NCBI GenBank assembly: GCA_038087875.1
Contig: JAXLNO010000050.1
Span: 248,001-294,934 of the forward strand
Direction of reading: 5' to 3'
Length of the DNA stretch: 46,934 nt
Origin: Malacoraja senta
Lineage: Eukaryota
Shown here: in pieces, positions 1 to 12,055 of the stretch
Layout of the letters: each line of letters opens with the position of its first letter
How positions within the stretch are numbered: position 1 is the stretch's first letter
The notes under the pieces: generated by a model
Seen by the model: the letters and a program-made list of their open reading frames with translations, nothing else
Database searches by the model: none
What the model was told of the DNA's origin: nothing
Made by a program: the position numbers and the translations under genes

Positions 1-289
1 TCCTTTCCCTGAAGTAAAGCAGCAAGACTTCTGGAGGGAAATAGACTGCGGTTACATACTTAACAATCCATGCTTCAGTATGTGTTTGTATGTGAATATT
101 AACAAAGCAAAAACAATATTGCCATTTTTACAATGCATAAAGCAATCCATCTTCAGATTTTTAAGTCTGATATAAGTCTGAAGAAGGGTCTCGACCCAAA
201 ACGTCACCTATTCCTTTACTCCAGCACTTTGAGTCTATCGTCACATTTTTAAATGACATAGACAGGCTCTTTAACCCATGAGTCTATGC

Positions 290-512
290 TGCACTAATAC
301 TGTCCTATACACACTGGGGACAATTTGCAATTTTACCGAAACCTACAAACCTGCACGTCTTTGGAGTGTGGGAGGAAACCAAAGATCTCAGAGAAACTCC
401 ACGCAGGTCACGGGGAGAACACACAAACTCCGTACAAACAGCACCCGTAGTCGGGATTGAACCCGGGTCTCTGGTGCTGTAAACGCTGTGAGGCAGCAAC
501 TCCACTGCTGCC
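290..512 (-). mobile_element. V-SINE (HE1-like) fragment
   Basis: tRNA-derived head with B-box (gggttcaatcc) and central domain shared with other copies in the window. Confidence 0.75.
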
Positions 513-672
513 CTTGTAAAATTACATTGGCTATTAGATGCAAAGCAGTTTCCCTCCCTCCCAGAGTAGGAAATCGTATAAACATTTAGTTTTTATTTTC
601 TGTGGACCCTCCTTTGTTTTGACCCTTCTTTAATCATTATTATATGCAGTGGGTCACGGACATGAGGTGTTA

Positions 673-1282
673 AGGGCCTGTCCCACTTACGTGTCCTTTG
701 CACGCAAATTACGCGACGTTGAGGCGCACGGGCATCGTCTGGCCGCGCAGGGCTCGTCCCACTTACAAATGGACTTGTGCGGGGCTCCGAAATTTTTGTA
801 GCGAACGGCCAAAGTGAGACAGGACCAAGACCCTGGCACGACGCAACGTCTCACCTGCAACAGCAGCAGAAGCAGCTGAACTCGGCCTGGGACTCACGGC
901 CGTTGAGGTCCGGATCCGCCCCCACTTCTACTCCCAGAGCGGGGCCAAGAAAATTGAAGATAGACACAAAATGCTGGAGTAACTCAGCGAGACCGGCAGC
1001 ATCTCTGTAGAGAAGCAATGGCTGACGTTTCGGGTCAAGACCCTTCTTTTCAGACTGAAGAAGAGTCTCGACATGAAACATCATCCATTGCTTCTCTCCA
1101 GAGATGCTGCCGGTCCCGCTGAGTTACTCCAGCTTTGTGTCCATCTTCAAATGACGTCACGCGCTCCAGACGCTGTGCGGTCGCATGAAGTCGCGCGCGA
1201 CCTTCGCGGAACCGCCGCGGCTCAACGCGACCACGAGGTCGCGTAATTTGCGTGCCAAGGACACGCAAGTGGGACAGGCCCT
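673..1282. mobile_element. Non-autonomous PIF/Harbinger-like MITE containing a Penelope-derived palindrome (~955-1150)
   Basis: ~45-bp TIRs agggcctgtcccactt...aagtgggacaggccct flanked by TTA (670-672, 1283-1285). A lone TIR remnant also occurs at ~3770-3793. Confidence 0.75.
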
Positions 1283-1656
1283 TTAATGTCGCCGTTGCTA
1301 CCTACTTTAATCCAACAATTGGTAGAAAGGCTTCCTTTTCTGCCCCTCCACCTTCCCCCCCCACCTTCCCACCCACCCACAACTGCAAACACTCCAGAAG
1401 TTATGTTTTCTAACACTTCTGAAGTCTCTATCGATGTCCTTGACCCCAGCCACTGCTGTCGAAAGGTGGTCGGCATTGAAGTGTAGAGCTGAGGTGAATA
1501 ACAAGCCTCAGGTTACCCAGTCTAAATGTTTTCCACATAATCGTACCGCTGTAGTATTTTCACAGCTGACTCTCCTCCTCGGAGCCAAGTTCATAAACCC
1601 TGAGCCATCAGGAAGCCAGCAACCACTGATGGACAAGTCTCTTGTTTTCCATTCAG

Positions 1657-1760
1657 GAATGCAGGATCATGAGAAATTTCTCCTCGCTCCAGGCTATTGT
1701 ATCAGCCATGCAGTCAATCTCCATCTACAGGCTGAAGAGGACCTGGGACACTGTTTCAAA
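1657..1760 (+). CDS. RGL1: RGL1-like RalGDS-family GEF, coding exon (CDC25/RasGEF domain): [34 protein letters not shown](K)
   Basis: cttgttttccattcag acceptor and gtaagt donor; 104 nt, phase 0 to 2. Matches the RalGDS/RGL1 motif ECRxxKNFSSLxAIxSALQSNSIxRLKKTW as recalled. May be a paralogue rather than the orthologue. Confidence 0.93.
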
Positions 1761-1854
1761 GTAAGTTCATTTCTCTTTGGCCTGTTTTTTTCTTAAAGAA
1801 CATAAGTTATGTGGTGGATGGATTGCAAATTCCTTCCTGCTCCCTTTGGACCAG

Positions 1855-2160
1855 TTTATTTTAGAGATATAGCGGGGAAACAGGCCCATCGGCCCACTGA
1901 GTCCACACCGACCTGCGATCCCCGCACATTAACATTATCCTACATCCACTAGGGACAATTTTACATTTATACCAAGCCAATTAACCTACAAACCTGCACG
2001 TCTTTGGAGTGTGGGGGGAAACTGAAGATCTTGGAGAAAACCCACGCAGGTCACGGGGAGAACGCACAAACTCCATACAGACAGCACCCGTAGTCAGGAT
2101 CGAACCCTGGTCTCTGGCGCTGTGAGGCAGCAACTCTACCGCTGCACCACCGTGCCACCC
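1855..2160 (-). mobile_element. V-SINE (HE1-like), near full length
   Basis: Head ggtggcacggtggtgcagcggtagag...gggttcgatcc, conserved body, CR1-like tail gggcctgtttcc...tatctctaaa. Confidence 0.8.
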
Positions 2161-2209
2161 GTGGACATGGACAGATCTCAAATATTTAGTAGTAGCCATC
2201 AAATCAATT

Positions 2210-2450
2210 CATAGATACAGAGTGCAGAATATAGTTCTCCGCATTGTAGCGCACCAGTTCCAGAGACAAAGTCCAATGTTCGCAATGGGGTAGAGGTGAA
2301 TCGGACAGTACCCTAGCTTATGGAAGGACCATTCATAAACCTGATAACAGAGGGGAAGTAGCTGTTCCTGAGTCGGGTGGTGCGCTCTTTCAAACTTCTG
2401 TACCTTCTGCCTGACGGGAGTAGGGAGAAAGAGGATTGACTGGGGTCGGG
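2210..2450 (-). mobile_element. Rex1/Babar-like LINE 3' fragment
   Basis: Minus strand resembles the Rex1 ORF C-terminus and is homologous to 8655-9075. Confidence 0.55.
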
Positions 2451-2627
2451 AAATCATTATATAAGCATGGTTGCCAACAATGCAGAGAATTTGCAAACCT
2501 CTGCCGGCTAATGGAATGCGTTAAATCTTTCTAAAGCATGTGCCTGGAATTGGAACTCCAAGCCACAGACCCCTTAATCCTCCCCTGATGTTTGGGCAGC
2601 TATGAAATTTGGCTAGCTGCCATAATT

Positions 2628-3335
2628 AGTTTTACTTTAGAGATACAGCATGAAAAAAGTTCAATGTATATTTATTTATTTATTTTTTGTCCCATATGCA
2701 ATTAACCACTACATAATGGAATTCATTTTGCATATAATGCTGGTGGTGCCATGTTTGACACAATTTCTTCGTTCACAGTCCAGGCCTGGCCAAGCATAGC
2801 CACGGTGTCCTCCGCCGCTGTAGGCCGCGAGCGGTCCACGTGCTCGGCCTCTTGAAGTGGCGCCCGGTCCAGGCTGTTGCAGGGCCTCCAGTGGCCACAC
2901 CCCCGTCGAGACTGCGCACTCCCTCTCGCAGCTGGTCTATTCACCGGCCCTCCGGCCCACTCCCTCCACTCTGGGTGGGCGATCCGAGCCATCTGCGGCG
3001 GGCGAGTCCCTGGTCTCCAGCAGGCGGGTTGGGCCTACTGGGTAGGCCCATGGTCTTCGAACGTGCAGCTCCACAGGGCCCATTCGCCCACCAAGTCCGT
3101 ACCAACCAATAATCACCCGTACACTAGTTCTATCCTACACATTGGGAACCATTTACAGAAGCCAATTAACCTCCAAACCTGTACGTCTTTGGAGTGTGGG
3201 AGGAAACCTTAGCACCTGGAGAAAACCCACACGGTCACGGGGAGAATGTACAAACACCACACAGCATCTGTAGCCTGGATTGAACCCAGGTCTCTGGTGC
3301 TGTGAGGCAAAAACTCTAGCACTGCCAACCCACTG
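2628..3335 (-). mobile_element. V-SINE split by a ~415-bp, largely GC-rich insertion (~2657-3071)
   Basis: SINE tail at ~2628-2656; body and head resume at ~3072-3335. Confidence 0.6.
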
Positions 3336-3463
3336 TTGAGTAACATTCAGGTTCTGTAAAGACCACAATCTCTGTAACGCTATTATTTACTTCATCTCAG
3401 ACGCCTTGCTAGCAGATGATTAATCTGCCTGGTATAACCTCCTTGTATCATTCTTTTTATTAG

Positions 3464-3548
3464 GGACAGCATGTTGATATTTGAAGAGCTTTCAAAAATC
3501 TTCTCCTATGAGAACAACCGAAAGAGGAGTCGGGAGTTGCTAATGAAG
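3464..3548 (+). CDS. RGL1: RGL1-like coding exon: (K)DSMLIFEELSKIFSYENNRKRSRELLMK
   Basis: ttctttttattag acceptor, gtacgt donor; 85 nt, phase 2 to 0, in frame with the previous exon. Resembles RGL1 DRMLMFEELSDIFSDHNNHLTSRELLMK. Confidence 0.92.
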
Positions 3549-5177
3549 GTACGTCGCACCCAGCATGGTGGGACCTTAAATGGTTGTCAACACTACTCAT
3601 AATGGATTAAAGCAGTGGCTGGCAGTTAATCAATATTGTAGATCAATCAAACAGTAAAAGTAGACACGAGGAACGGCAGATGCTGGAATCCTGTGGAGAG
3701 TAGAAAGTGTTGGAATAACTCAGCGGTAATTCGGCGACCTGCTATGACTGTGACAGTCGCCGAAAATATCGCCTAAGTGGGACAGGCCCTTTAGATAAAT
3801 ACATGGATAGGACAGGTTTGGAGGGATATGGACCAAATGCAGGCAGGTGGGACTAGTGTAGCTGGGACATGTTGGCCGGTGTTTGCAAGTTGGGCCGAAT
3901 TGCCAGTTTCCACACTGTATCACTCTATGACTATGACAGTACCTCTGTGTAAATATTCACTCAACTACCACCTGTTGCTATGCTTTTTTATTCTGAATGA
4001 TAACGTTTATCAGCTGTGTGGGATCCAGGCTGCAATTATAATCCACCTGCTCCTGCTTTGTTTGCACTATCTTTTGGACGGCAGCTACTCAATGTCATAA
4101 ATCATACGTTATAGATTCATAAGTCATAGGTGCAGAATTAGGCCATTTGACCGATCATGTCTACTCAGCCATTCAATCATGGCCCATCTTTCCCTCTCAA
4201 CCCCATTCAATCTCCTGCCTTCTTCCCATAACTCCTGATATCCGTACTGATCATGAATCTGTCTATCTGCACCTTAAAAATATCCATTGACTTGGTCTCC
4301 ACAGCCGTCAGTGGCAATGAATTCCACAGATTCACCACCCTCTGACTAAAGAAATTCCTCCTCATCTCCTTTCTAAAGGTACATCATTTTATTTGAAGCT
4401 ATATCCTTTGGTCCTGGACTCTCCCACTAGTGGAAACATCCTCTCCACATCCACAAAATGTTGGAGTAACTCAGTGCGTCAGACAGCACCTCTGGAGAAA
4501 GGAATAGGCGACATTTTGGGTTGAGACCCTTCTTCTTTCCTATTCCTATTCCTTCTCTCCAGAGATGTCCCGCTTAGTTACTCCAGTATTTTTGATAATC
4601 TTCGGTTTAAACCAGCATCTGCCGTTCCTTCCTGCACACTCTCCATGTCTGCTCAATCTGGACCTTTCACTATTCGGTAAGTTTCAATGAGTTCCCCACC
4701 CCCTCATCTGTCTAAACTCATAAATGAACTAAAAATTAAATCATGCTTTAACTCATCTGCCATTTTGTTAAATGGGTTGTATCAGTCATCTTGTTACGTG
4801 TGAATAACACTTTCAGTCATTGAAATATTTTTAAAAATTTCCAGAGCTGAAGAGTTTTGTCAGGGAAAAAAATAGCAAGGTAGACACAAAATGCTGGAGT
4901 AACTCAGCGGGACAGGCAGCATCTCTGGAGAGAAGTCTGAATGAGACTGAAGAAGGGTCTCAACCCGAAACGTCACCTATTCCTTCTCTCCAGAGATGCT
5001 GCCTGTTCCACTGAGGTACTCCAGCATTTTATGTCTATCTTCAGTTTAAACCAGCATCTGCAGTTCCTTCCTGCACAAAAAAAACGTAATACATAGTTAG
5101 CCGAGTTGGGCTTGGTGCGTCAATGCATTGAAAGGGGGAAATCAAAGCAAATCACATTTAGTTGAGCAATTTGAGGT

Positions 5178-5260
5178 CTGTGTGTGTACGCGCGCGCGTG
5201 TCTGTGCGTGTGTGTGTTACTGTGTGTGCGCGCGCGCGTGTCTGTGCGTGTGTGTGTGTG
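5178..5260. repeat. (TG)n/(CG)n compound microsatellite, two ~41-bp copies
   Basis: tgtgtgt(a/g)cgcgcgcgcgtgtctgtgcgtgtgtgtgt occurs twice. Confidence 0.85.
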
Positions 5261-5651
5261 AATATTTGATTATGTAATATCTTTTTCCGTGAAAGAATAA
5301 CTTTCTTGTTGCAACAGGCAGTGTCACATCAATTCAGTTCAGCTGAACTATACTTGTTTACTTTCAACGAAAAGTAACGTGATTCACACTGAGCTGGGAA
5401 TTATAACTCGATCCTTTCCCATGTCTTTCCCCAACCCTCATCCCATCCTGGTGAGCTCTGCTGAAATCTCCCGAGCTGTTTCCGTGACTGCTCGACACCC
5501 ACCCTGAGGGGACGTTTTGTCACCAGCACTTATCTCTCTAAGGCTGTGAATCTTCGACAAGCCTTTCGCCCTTGTTTATAGTGTTCATTCAGGATCGGTA
5601 TGAAATATCACAGTTTAATCGTGGATAGGCACAAAATGCTTGAGTAACCTT

Positions 5652-6216
5652 GGGTGGCACAGCGGTAGAGTTGCTGCCTTGCATGGACCCAGGATAGATC
5701 CCGACTACGGGTGCTGTCTGTATGGAGTTTGTACATTCTCCTTGTGACCGTGTGGGTTTTCTCCGGGTGCTCCAGTTTCCACCCACACTCCAAAGTTTGT
5801 AGTTAATTGGTTTCGGTAAAATTGTAAATTCTTCCTAGTGTGAAGTATAGTGTTAGTGTGCAGGATCGCTGGTTGGTCTGGACTCGGTGGGCCGAAGGGC
5901 CTCCCTCCATGCTGTATCTCTGAACTAAACTAAAGATAGAGCATGGAAACAGGCCCTTAAGCCACCGAGTACACGCCAACCATCGATCACCCATTCTATG
6001 GTTTCACACTTTCTCATCCACTCCCTACACACAATGTTACCACCTAGGAACCTACATGTCTTTGGGATGTGGGATTGAAACCGGAGCACCCGGAAGAAAC
6101 TCACGCCATCACAGGGAGTACGTGCAAACTCCGCATAGACTGCGCCCAAGGTCAGGATGGAACCTGGGTCTCAGGCGTTATGAGACAGCAGCTCTACCCG
6201 CTGCACCACTGTGCCG
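5652..6216. mobile_element. Two V-SINEs tail-to-tail (+ 5652-5930; - 5932-6216)
   Basis: tRNA heads at both outer ends; CR1-like tails meet at ctaaactaaagataga. Confidence 0.75.
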
Positions 6217-7118
6217 GCCTCTACATCTAATTCCTCTTCTATGTCAAAGGGAGCTGGATTTTTGGTGTGTATGTGCATGTGTTTGTGGAGGAATAAATGC
6301 AAAATTGGAGACACAGAAGAAAAAAGCTTTACTGAAACTCCACCCATCTGCCAAAGACCCCCTCCCTCACTAGTCTCCACTGATGGCTTGTCCAAGCTTT
6401 GTCCTGCCCCCATCACTTTTCCAGTTCCCCCCCCTATCTCCGCTCACTGCTTTACTGAAATCACAGTACAACACCAACACTGGTGGGTGTATGGAACAAG
6501 CTGCCAGAGGAGGTAGTTGAGGCTGGGACTATCTCAACGTTTAAGAGACAGTTAGACAGGTACATGGACAGGACAGGTTTGGAGGGATATGGATCAAACA
6601 CGGGCAATTGGGACATTGTTGGCCGGTGTGGGCAAGTAGGGCTGAAGAGCCTGTTTCCGCACTGTATCATTTCCATTCTGACCTCGGCCGCTAATGGTGT
6701 GCAGTTTGCACATCCCCCCGTGACTGACTGGGTTTCCCCTGGTTCCTCCCACATCCTTAACTATCCAACGCTAACACTCAGGACAATTTAACCAAAGCAA
6801 ATTAACCTATAATCCTGCATGTCTTTGGAGAGTGGGAGGAAACCGGAGCACCCGGAGACTACCCACGCTGTCACAGGGAGAACGTACAAACTCCATACTG
6901 ACTGCACCCATAGTCAGGATTGAACCCGGGTCTCTGACGCTGCAAGGCAGCAACTCTACCAGATATCTAAGGAGATTATCTAAGGATATTATATTGTTTT
7001 AATGATAAATTCTAAACCAATTTGGTTTAATACAAAAGATGAGGCAGCGAGCAGTCGGAATGTTTAAGAAATGCACTATTCAGCATGTTCACTGACTAAT
7101 TTTGCCTGAATTCCCCAG

Positions 7119-7205
7119 GGAGTGATGCAAGGCACCGTGCCATTTCTGGGAACTTTCTTGACCGACTTGATAATGCTGGACACCGCGTTCCCTGACTATG
7201 TCGAT
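7119..7205 (+). CDS. RGL1: RGL1-like coding exon (catalytic helical-hairpin region): GVMQGTVPFLGTFLTDLIMLDTAFPDYVD
   Basis: ttccccag acceptor, gtaagt donor; 87 nt, phase 0-0; RasGEF signature GTVP(Y/F)LGTFLTDL.MLDTA. Confidence 0.95.
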
Positions 7206-7658
7206 GTAAGTAGGGCCACAGGTCGGGATTCCTTGCTGCGGTTTTCTCGCTGTTCCTTGCTACAGTTACGGCATCAGTGAAGGTTGTTTGAAGGTGATCA
7301 AAGCAACCAAGGCAGATCAAAGATTACATTGAAGGCACAAAATGCTGGGGTAACTCAGCGGGACAGGCAGCATTTCTGGAGAGAAGGAATGGGTGACGTT
7401 TCGGGTCGAAATCCTTCTTCTGAAGGAGAATCTCGACCCGAAAGGTCACCCATTCCTTTTCTCCAGAGATGCTGCCTGCCCCACTGAGTTGCTCCAGTAC
7501 TTTGTGCCTATCTTTGGTCTAAACTAGCATCTGCAGATCCCTCCTGCACAAAGAGTGCACTGCATTGCTTCAGTAATTTAATGGGGCCAGGTTGCCTGAA
7601 AATTACTAAACAGACTCTCTTGCGAGCCTATCACTTTTTAAATTGCATTCTGAATGTC

Positions 7659-7955
7659 GTTTAGTTTAGAGATACAGAGCGGAAACAGGCCCTTCAGCCC
7701 ATCTAGACCATGCCAATCAGTGATCCACTAGCACTATCTTACACATGAGGGACAATGTACAATCTTTACCAAAGCCAATTAACCTACAAACCTGCACATC
7801 TTTGGAGTGTGGGAGGAAACCAGAGTACCCGGAGAAAACCCACACCGTCACAGGGAGAACAAACAAACTCCGTACAGACAGCACCCGCAGTCGGAATCGA
7901 ACCTGCGCCTCTGGCGCTGTGAAGCAGCAACTCTACTGCTGCGCCATGATGCCGC
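7659..7955 (-). mobile_element. V-SINE
   Basis: Same head, body and tail as the other copies. Confidence 0.78.
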
Positions 7956-8049
7956 CCATTGCAGAGTTTAGACAATTTTGTTAATTGACCCATTTGCTTA
8001 CGCGGTATAAAAGAGATTGTACAAAGACTGCACATTAGATCATGAGACA

Positions 8050-8401
8050 TAATAATAATAATAATAATGGATTGGATTTATATAGCGCCTTTCTAATACC
8101 CAAGGCGCTTTACATCGCATTATTCATTCACTCCTCAGTCACACTCGGTGGTGGTGAGCTACTTCTGTAGCCACAGCTGCCCTGGGGCAGACTGACGGAA
8201 GCGTGGCTGCTAATCTGCGCCTACGGCCCCTCCGACCACCACCAATCACTCACACGCATTCACACACATTCACATGCAGGCAAAGGTGGGTGAAGTGTCT
8301 TGCCCAAGGACACAACGACAGTATGCACTCCAAGCGGGATTCGAACAGGCTACCTTCCGGTTGCCTGCCGAACACTTAGCCCATTGCGCCATCTGTCGTC
8401 C
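8050..8401 (-). mobile_element. tRNA-derived CORE-type SINE with L2-like tail
   Basis: Minus strand: A-box tggcgcaatgg, B-box gttcgaatcc, CORE-like tgtgtccttgggcaagacacttcacc, tail aaggcgctatataaatccaatcc(att)n. Confidence 0.72.
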
Positions 8402-8654
8402 TGGAAGCAGAATTAGGCCAGTTGGCCCATCGAGTCTGCTCCCCCATTCAATCATGGCTGATCTATTTTTTCCCCCTCAACCCCATTCTCCTGCCTTTCC
8501 CCTGTAACCTTTTGACGCATCATGTAAAAATATAGCGGCTACTGTATATATAAAATCCTGCTGCTATTCAATTTTGATCTCCTAGTTTGGAAGCAAGGTG
8601 AATTTTATTGTAATCCACTTCAGCCCTTCTACCACTCTGTAATCCTAGAGTATT

Positions 8655-9075
8655 GTCCAATCTCACAATCACACAAACCAACCTCCCTTCCATTGACTCC
8701 ATTTATACCTCACGTTGCCTCGGCAAGGCAAGCAGCATAATCAAGGACAAGTTGTACCCTGGCCACTCCCTCTTCTCCCCTCTCCCATCAGGCAAAAGGT
8801 ACAGAAGTGATAGAAGTGTGAAAACGCACACCTCCAGAATCAGGGACAGTTTATTTCCAGCTGTTATCAGGTGTTTCCAACTGAATCCCCCTACCACAAC
8901 CAGAGAGCAGTCCACATCTATCTCTTTGTGTACCCTCAGACTATTCTTGATAGGACTTTGCTGGCTTTACCTTGCACTAAACGCTATTCCCTTATCATGT
9001 ATCTGTACACTGTGGATGGCTCGATTCTAATCATGTATAGTCTTCCCATTGACTGGATAGCACGTAACTAAGGCT
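8655..9075 (+). mobile_element. Rex1/Babar-like LINE 3' fragment
   Basis: ORF 8653..9030 LPSIDSIYTSRCLGKASSIIKD..PGHSLFSPLPSGKRYRS...RDSLFPAVIR is typical of the Rex1 ORF C-terminus. Confidence 0.7.
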
Positions 9076-9153
9076 TTTCACGATACCTCGATGACAATAA
9101 ACCAAACGGAATCTTCCAACAGGTTAATGCTTTTTTTTCCTTCCATTTTTTAG

Positions 9154-9183
9154 GGCTTGGTCAACCATGAGAAAAGACGACGG
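9154..9183 (+). CDS. RGL1: RGL1-like 30-nt micro-exon: GLVNHEKRRR
   Basis: Strong polypyrimidine tract ttttttttccttccatttttag, gttagt donor, phase 0-0; corresponds to the family motif GLINFEKRR. Confidence 0.88.
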
Positions 9184-10239
9184 GTTAGTATAAATTATAT
9201 ATTGCACAATTTTCTAAAATATGCCTGACAAAATGTTCTTTATGACTATGCAGATTCCTGAAAAATAATTTGTGTAGAAATTTCGTTAGCTTCCAAATTT
9301 TGAGAAGTTTTGCCGAGGATGCAATTTGGACCCTTTTAACCCTATCTGGTTTCACCGTCTGCTTTACCAGTGGAGGTGGAATATATGTCATAGAGGAGTA
9401 AATGTTGGGGTCATTCTATGGTATATGACTAAGCTTGTGAGAAGATGGTGTACAAAGTGTTCTTGAATGGATTCCTGAGTATAGGCTTCATTGAGTTCAG
9501 CATTGTAACAGGCCCTTCTGCCCAACACATCCATGCTGACCAGGATGTCCCATCCACACTAGTCCCATTTGGCCTATATTCCTCTCAACCTTTCCTTTCC
9601 AAGTACTGTCCAAGTGTCTATAAAATGTTGTTGTACCAGCCTCAACTATTTCCCCAGGCAGCTCATTCCATATACCCACCACCCTCTGTTACCCCTCAGG
9701 TTCCTGCTAAATCTTTTAATTCTCACCTTAAACCTATGCCCTTTAGTTCTTTATTCCCCTGCTTATCTTATGGCTTTAACCTGAACGTTTGGCCCAACTC
9801 ACCCATGCTGACCAAGGTGTCCCATCTACACTAGTCTCACAGGTTTGGTCCATACCCCCCATAACCTACCCTATCCACGTAGCTGCCCAAGCTAACTGCC
9901 TTAACGACCTCCTCTGGCAGCTCATTCATTGTATCCACCACCCTCTGAGTGGAAAAAGCTCATTCATTGTATCCACCACCCTCTGAGTAGAAAAAGTTAC
10001 CCCTCGGGTTCATCTTCAATATTGTTCCTCTCACCTTAACACTAGTAGTTGATTTCCCCTATCATGGTTAAACGACTCTGCATTCACCCTATCTATTCCC
10101 CTCTCCATTTTATATACCTCGATAAGATACCTCTCATCCTCCTGCACTCCAAGGAATAAAGTGAGTCGCTCTATAGCTCAGCGCCTCAAGTCCCGGCAAC
10201 ATCCCCGTAAATCTTCTCTGTACCCTTTCCAGCATAACG

Positions 10240-10560
10240 ACATGTTCCCGATGTTGGGAGAGTCCAGAACCAGGGGCCACAGATTAAGAATAAGGGGTAG
10301 GCCATTTAGAATGGAGATGAAGAAAAACTTCTTCACCCAGAATGTTGTGAATCTGAAATTCTCTGCCTCAGAAGGCAGTGAAGGCCAATTCTCTGGATGC
10401 TTTCAAGAGAGAGTTAGATAGAACTCTTAAAGATAGCGGAATCAGGGGATATGGGGAGAAGGCAGGAACGGGGTACTGATTGTGGATGATCAGCCATGAA
10501 CACAGTGAATGGCGGTGCTGGCTCAAAGGGCCCAATGACCTACTCCGGCACCTATTGTCT
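10240..10560 (+). mobile_element. CR1 LINE 3' fragment
   Basis: MFPMLGESRTRGHRLRIRGRPFR.E.KKNFFTQ.VVNL and CR1 3'UTR hairpin/tail. Confidence 0.8.
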
Positions 10561-10825
10561 ATTAACATCCTTGCTATAGCAGAGTGACTAAAATTGAACA
10601 TGGTGCTGCAAAACACTGAGTCTGAAGAAGGGATTCGACCTGAAACTTCACCCATTCCTTCTCTCCAGTGATGCTGCCTGTCCCGCTGAGTTACTCCAGC
10701 ATTTTGTGTCTTTGTCTCCAGCATCCGCAGTTGCTCCCAACATATTTTGTCTGCTCAATTGTGAATACTCCTCAAGGTACCCCGACTTTGAGAACGTTCT
10801 TCCCCTCTCTGACGGGAGATCTGGA

Positions 10826-10858
10826 GTCTGAAGAAGGGTCTCGACCCGAAACGTCACC
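10826..10858 (+). ncRNA. Minimal type I hammerhead-ribozyme-like motif in a Penelope-derived repeat
   Basis: CTGAAGA (10828-10834), A, stem II GGGT-ctcg-ACCC, GAAA, CGTC. Penelope-like elements are known to carry minimal HHRs. Activity not shown. Confidence 0.55.
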
Positions 10859-11257
10859 TTTTCATTCTTTCCAGAGATGCCGCCTGTCTCGTTGAGTTAC
10901 TCCAGCATTTTGTGTCTATCTTCAGCGTAAACCGGCATCTGCAGTTCCTTGAAGACAGACACAAAATGCTGGAGAAACTCATCGGGACAGGCAGCATCTC
11001 TGGATAGAAGGAATGGGTGACGTTTCGTGTTGAGACCTTTCTTCTGACTTCCTACACACTGTGCTCCAAATGTGACCATCAGTACATCAGTCCACCTTTA
11101 CAATATTTGCAGAACCAAATGCAGTGAGTTGACAGCAAATTATAGTGTTTATACTTTTTGGCTCCTCTTGAAAGTTCCATACATGTCACAGGAGGCAATG
11201 ATATTTTGCTTTTATTGTGGAAGAGAGGAAGATTTAATCTTTGTTGTCCTTTGGCAG

Positions 11258-11379
11258 GAGTTTGAGGTTTTAGCCCAAATTAAGCTGTTGCAGTCTTCCT
11301 GTAACATATACTGCATCAGCCCCGTCCAAACTTTTCTCAAGTGGTTCCGCAGGCAACAGTATTTAACTGATGATGAAAG
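11258..11379 (+). CDS. RGL1: RGL1-like coding exon: EFEVLAQIKLLQSSCNIYCISPVQTFLKWFRRQQYLTDDE(S)
   Basis: gtcctttggcag acceptor, gtaaga donor; 122 nt, phase 0 to 2; C-terminal part of ORF 11072..11383. Resembles RGL1 EFEVIAQIKLLQSACNSY...WFQRQQLLTEEES. Confidence 0.95.
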
Positions 11380-11620
11380 GTAAGAAGCTTTGGAAGAACA
11401 TTTTTTATTCTTGTCTATACGTGGATGTAATCTTAGATGTAATTTTTGGCGCTTAGGCCAAAGTGCCTGTTTCCGCGCTGTGTCTCTAAACTGGCATTGT
11501 AAATCTGCACAAGAGTCGAGAGTGACCGTATGTACATAAAATGGAACAATAACATTATTTCTAGCAGCAGCACAATTGGTCGTAAACGCTGTACCATAGA
11601 TTGCATAATAAATGAAATAT

Positions 11621-11928
11621 GTTTAGTTTAGAGATACAGCATGGAAACAGGTACTTTGGCCCACTGCGTCCACATCGACCAGCGATCCCCATACATTAAC
11701 ACTACCCAACATACACATGGGACAATTTTTACATTCATACCAAGCCAATTAACGTACAAACCTGTACGTCTTTGGAGTGTGGGAGGGAACCAAAGATGCC
11801 AGAGAAAATTCACGCAGGTCACAGGGAGAACGGACAGACTCTGTACAGACAGCACCCGTAGTCAGGATTGAATCCGGGTCCCTGGCGCTGTGAGGCAGCA
11901 ACTCTATTGCTGTGCCACCGAGCCACCC
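11621..11928 (-). mobile_element. V-SINE
   Basis: Complete head, body and tail as in the other copies. Confidence 0.8.
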
Positions 11929-12055
11929 TGTAATGAGCCATGTTCTCTTGCCAGAGAAATAAATGCCTCCCGGCCAAATGATCTTTGGTGCAAGCATTGA
12001 ATTTGGCAGAATAACTGCATTAATTTGTCCAACGTGTTTGTTTGCCATTCTGTAG

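Noticed and set aside
1434..1796. 120-aa ORF overlapping the first exon
   Set aside because: Wrong frame; the RasGEF peptide is in another frame bounded by splice sites.
5318..5373. AG/GT-bounded segment (AVSHQFSSAELYLFTFNE) as the missing exon
   Set aside because: No similarity to EGTSKFA..., and its length (56 nt) breaks the phase 0-0 frame.
5652..5710. tRNA-like sequences with A/B boxes (many copies)
   Set aside because: They are SINE heads followed by SINE bodies; no complete cloverleaf.
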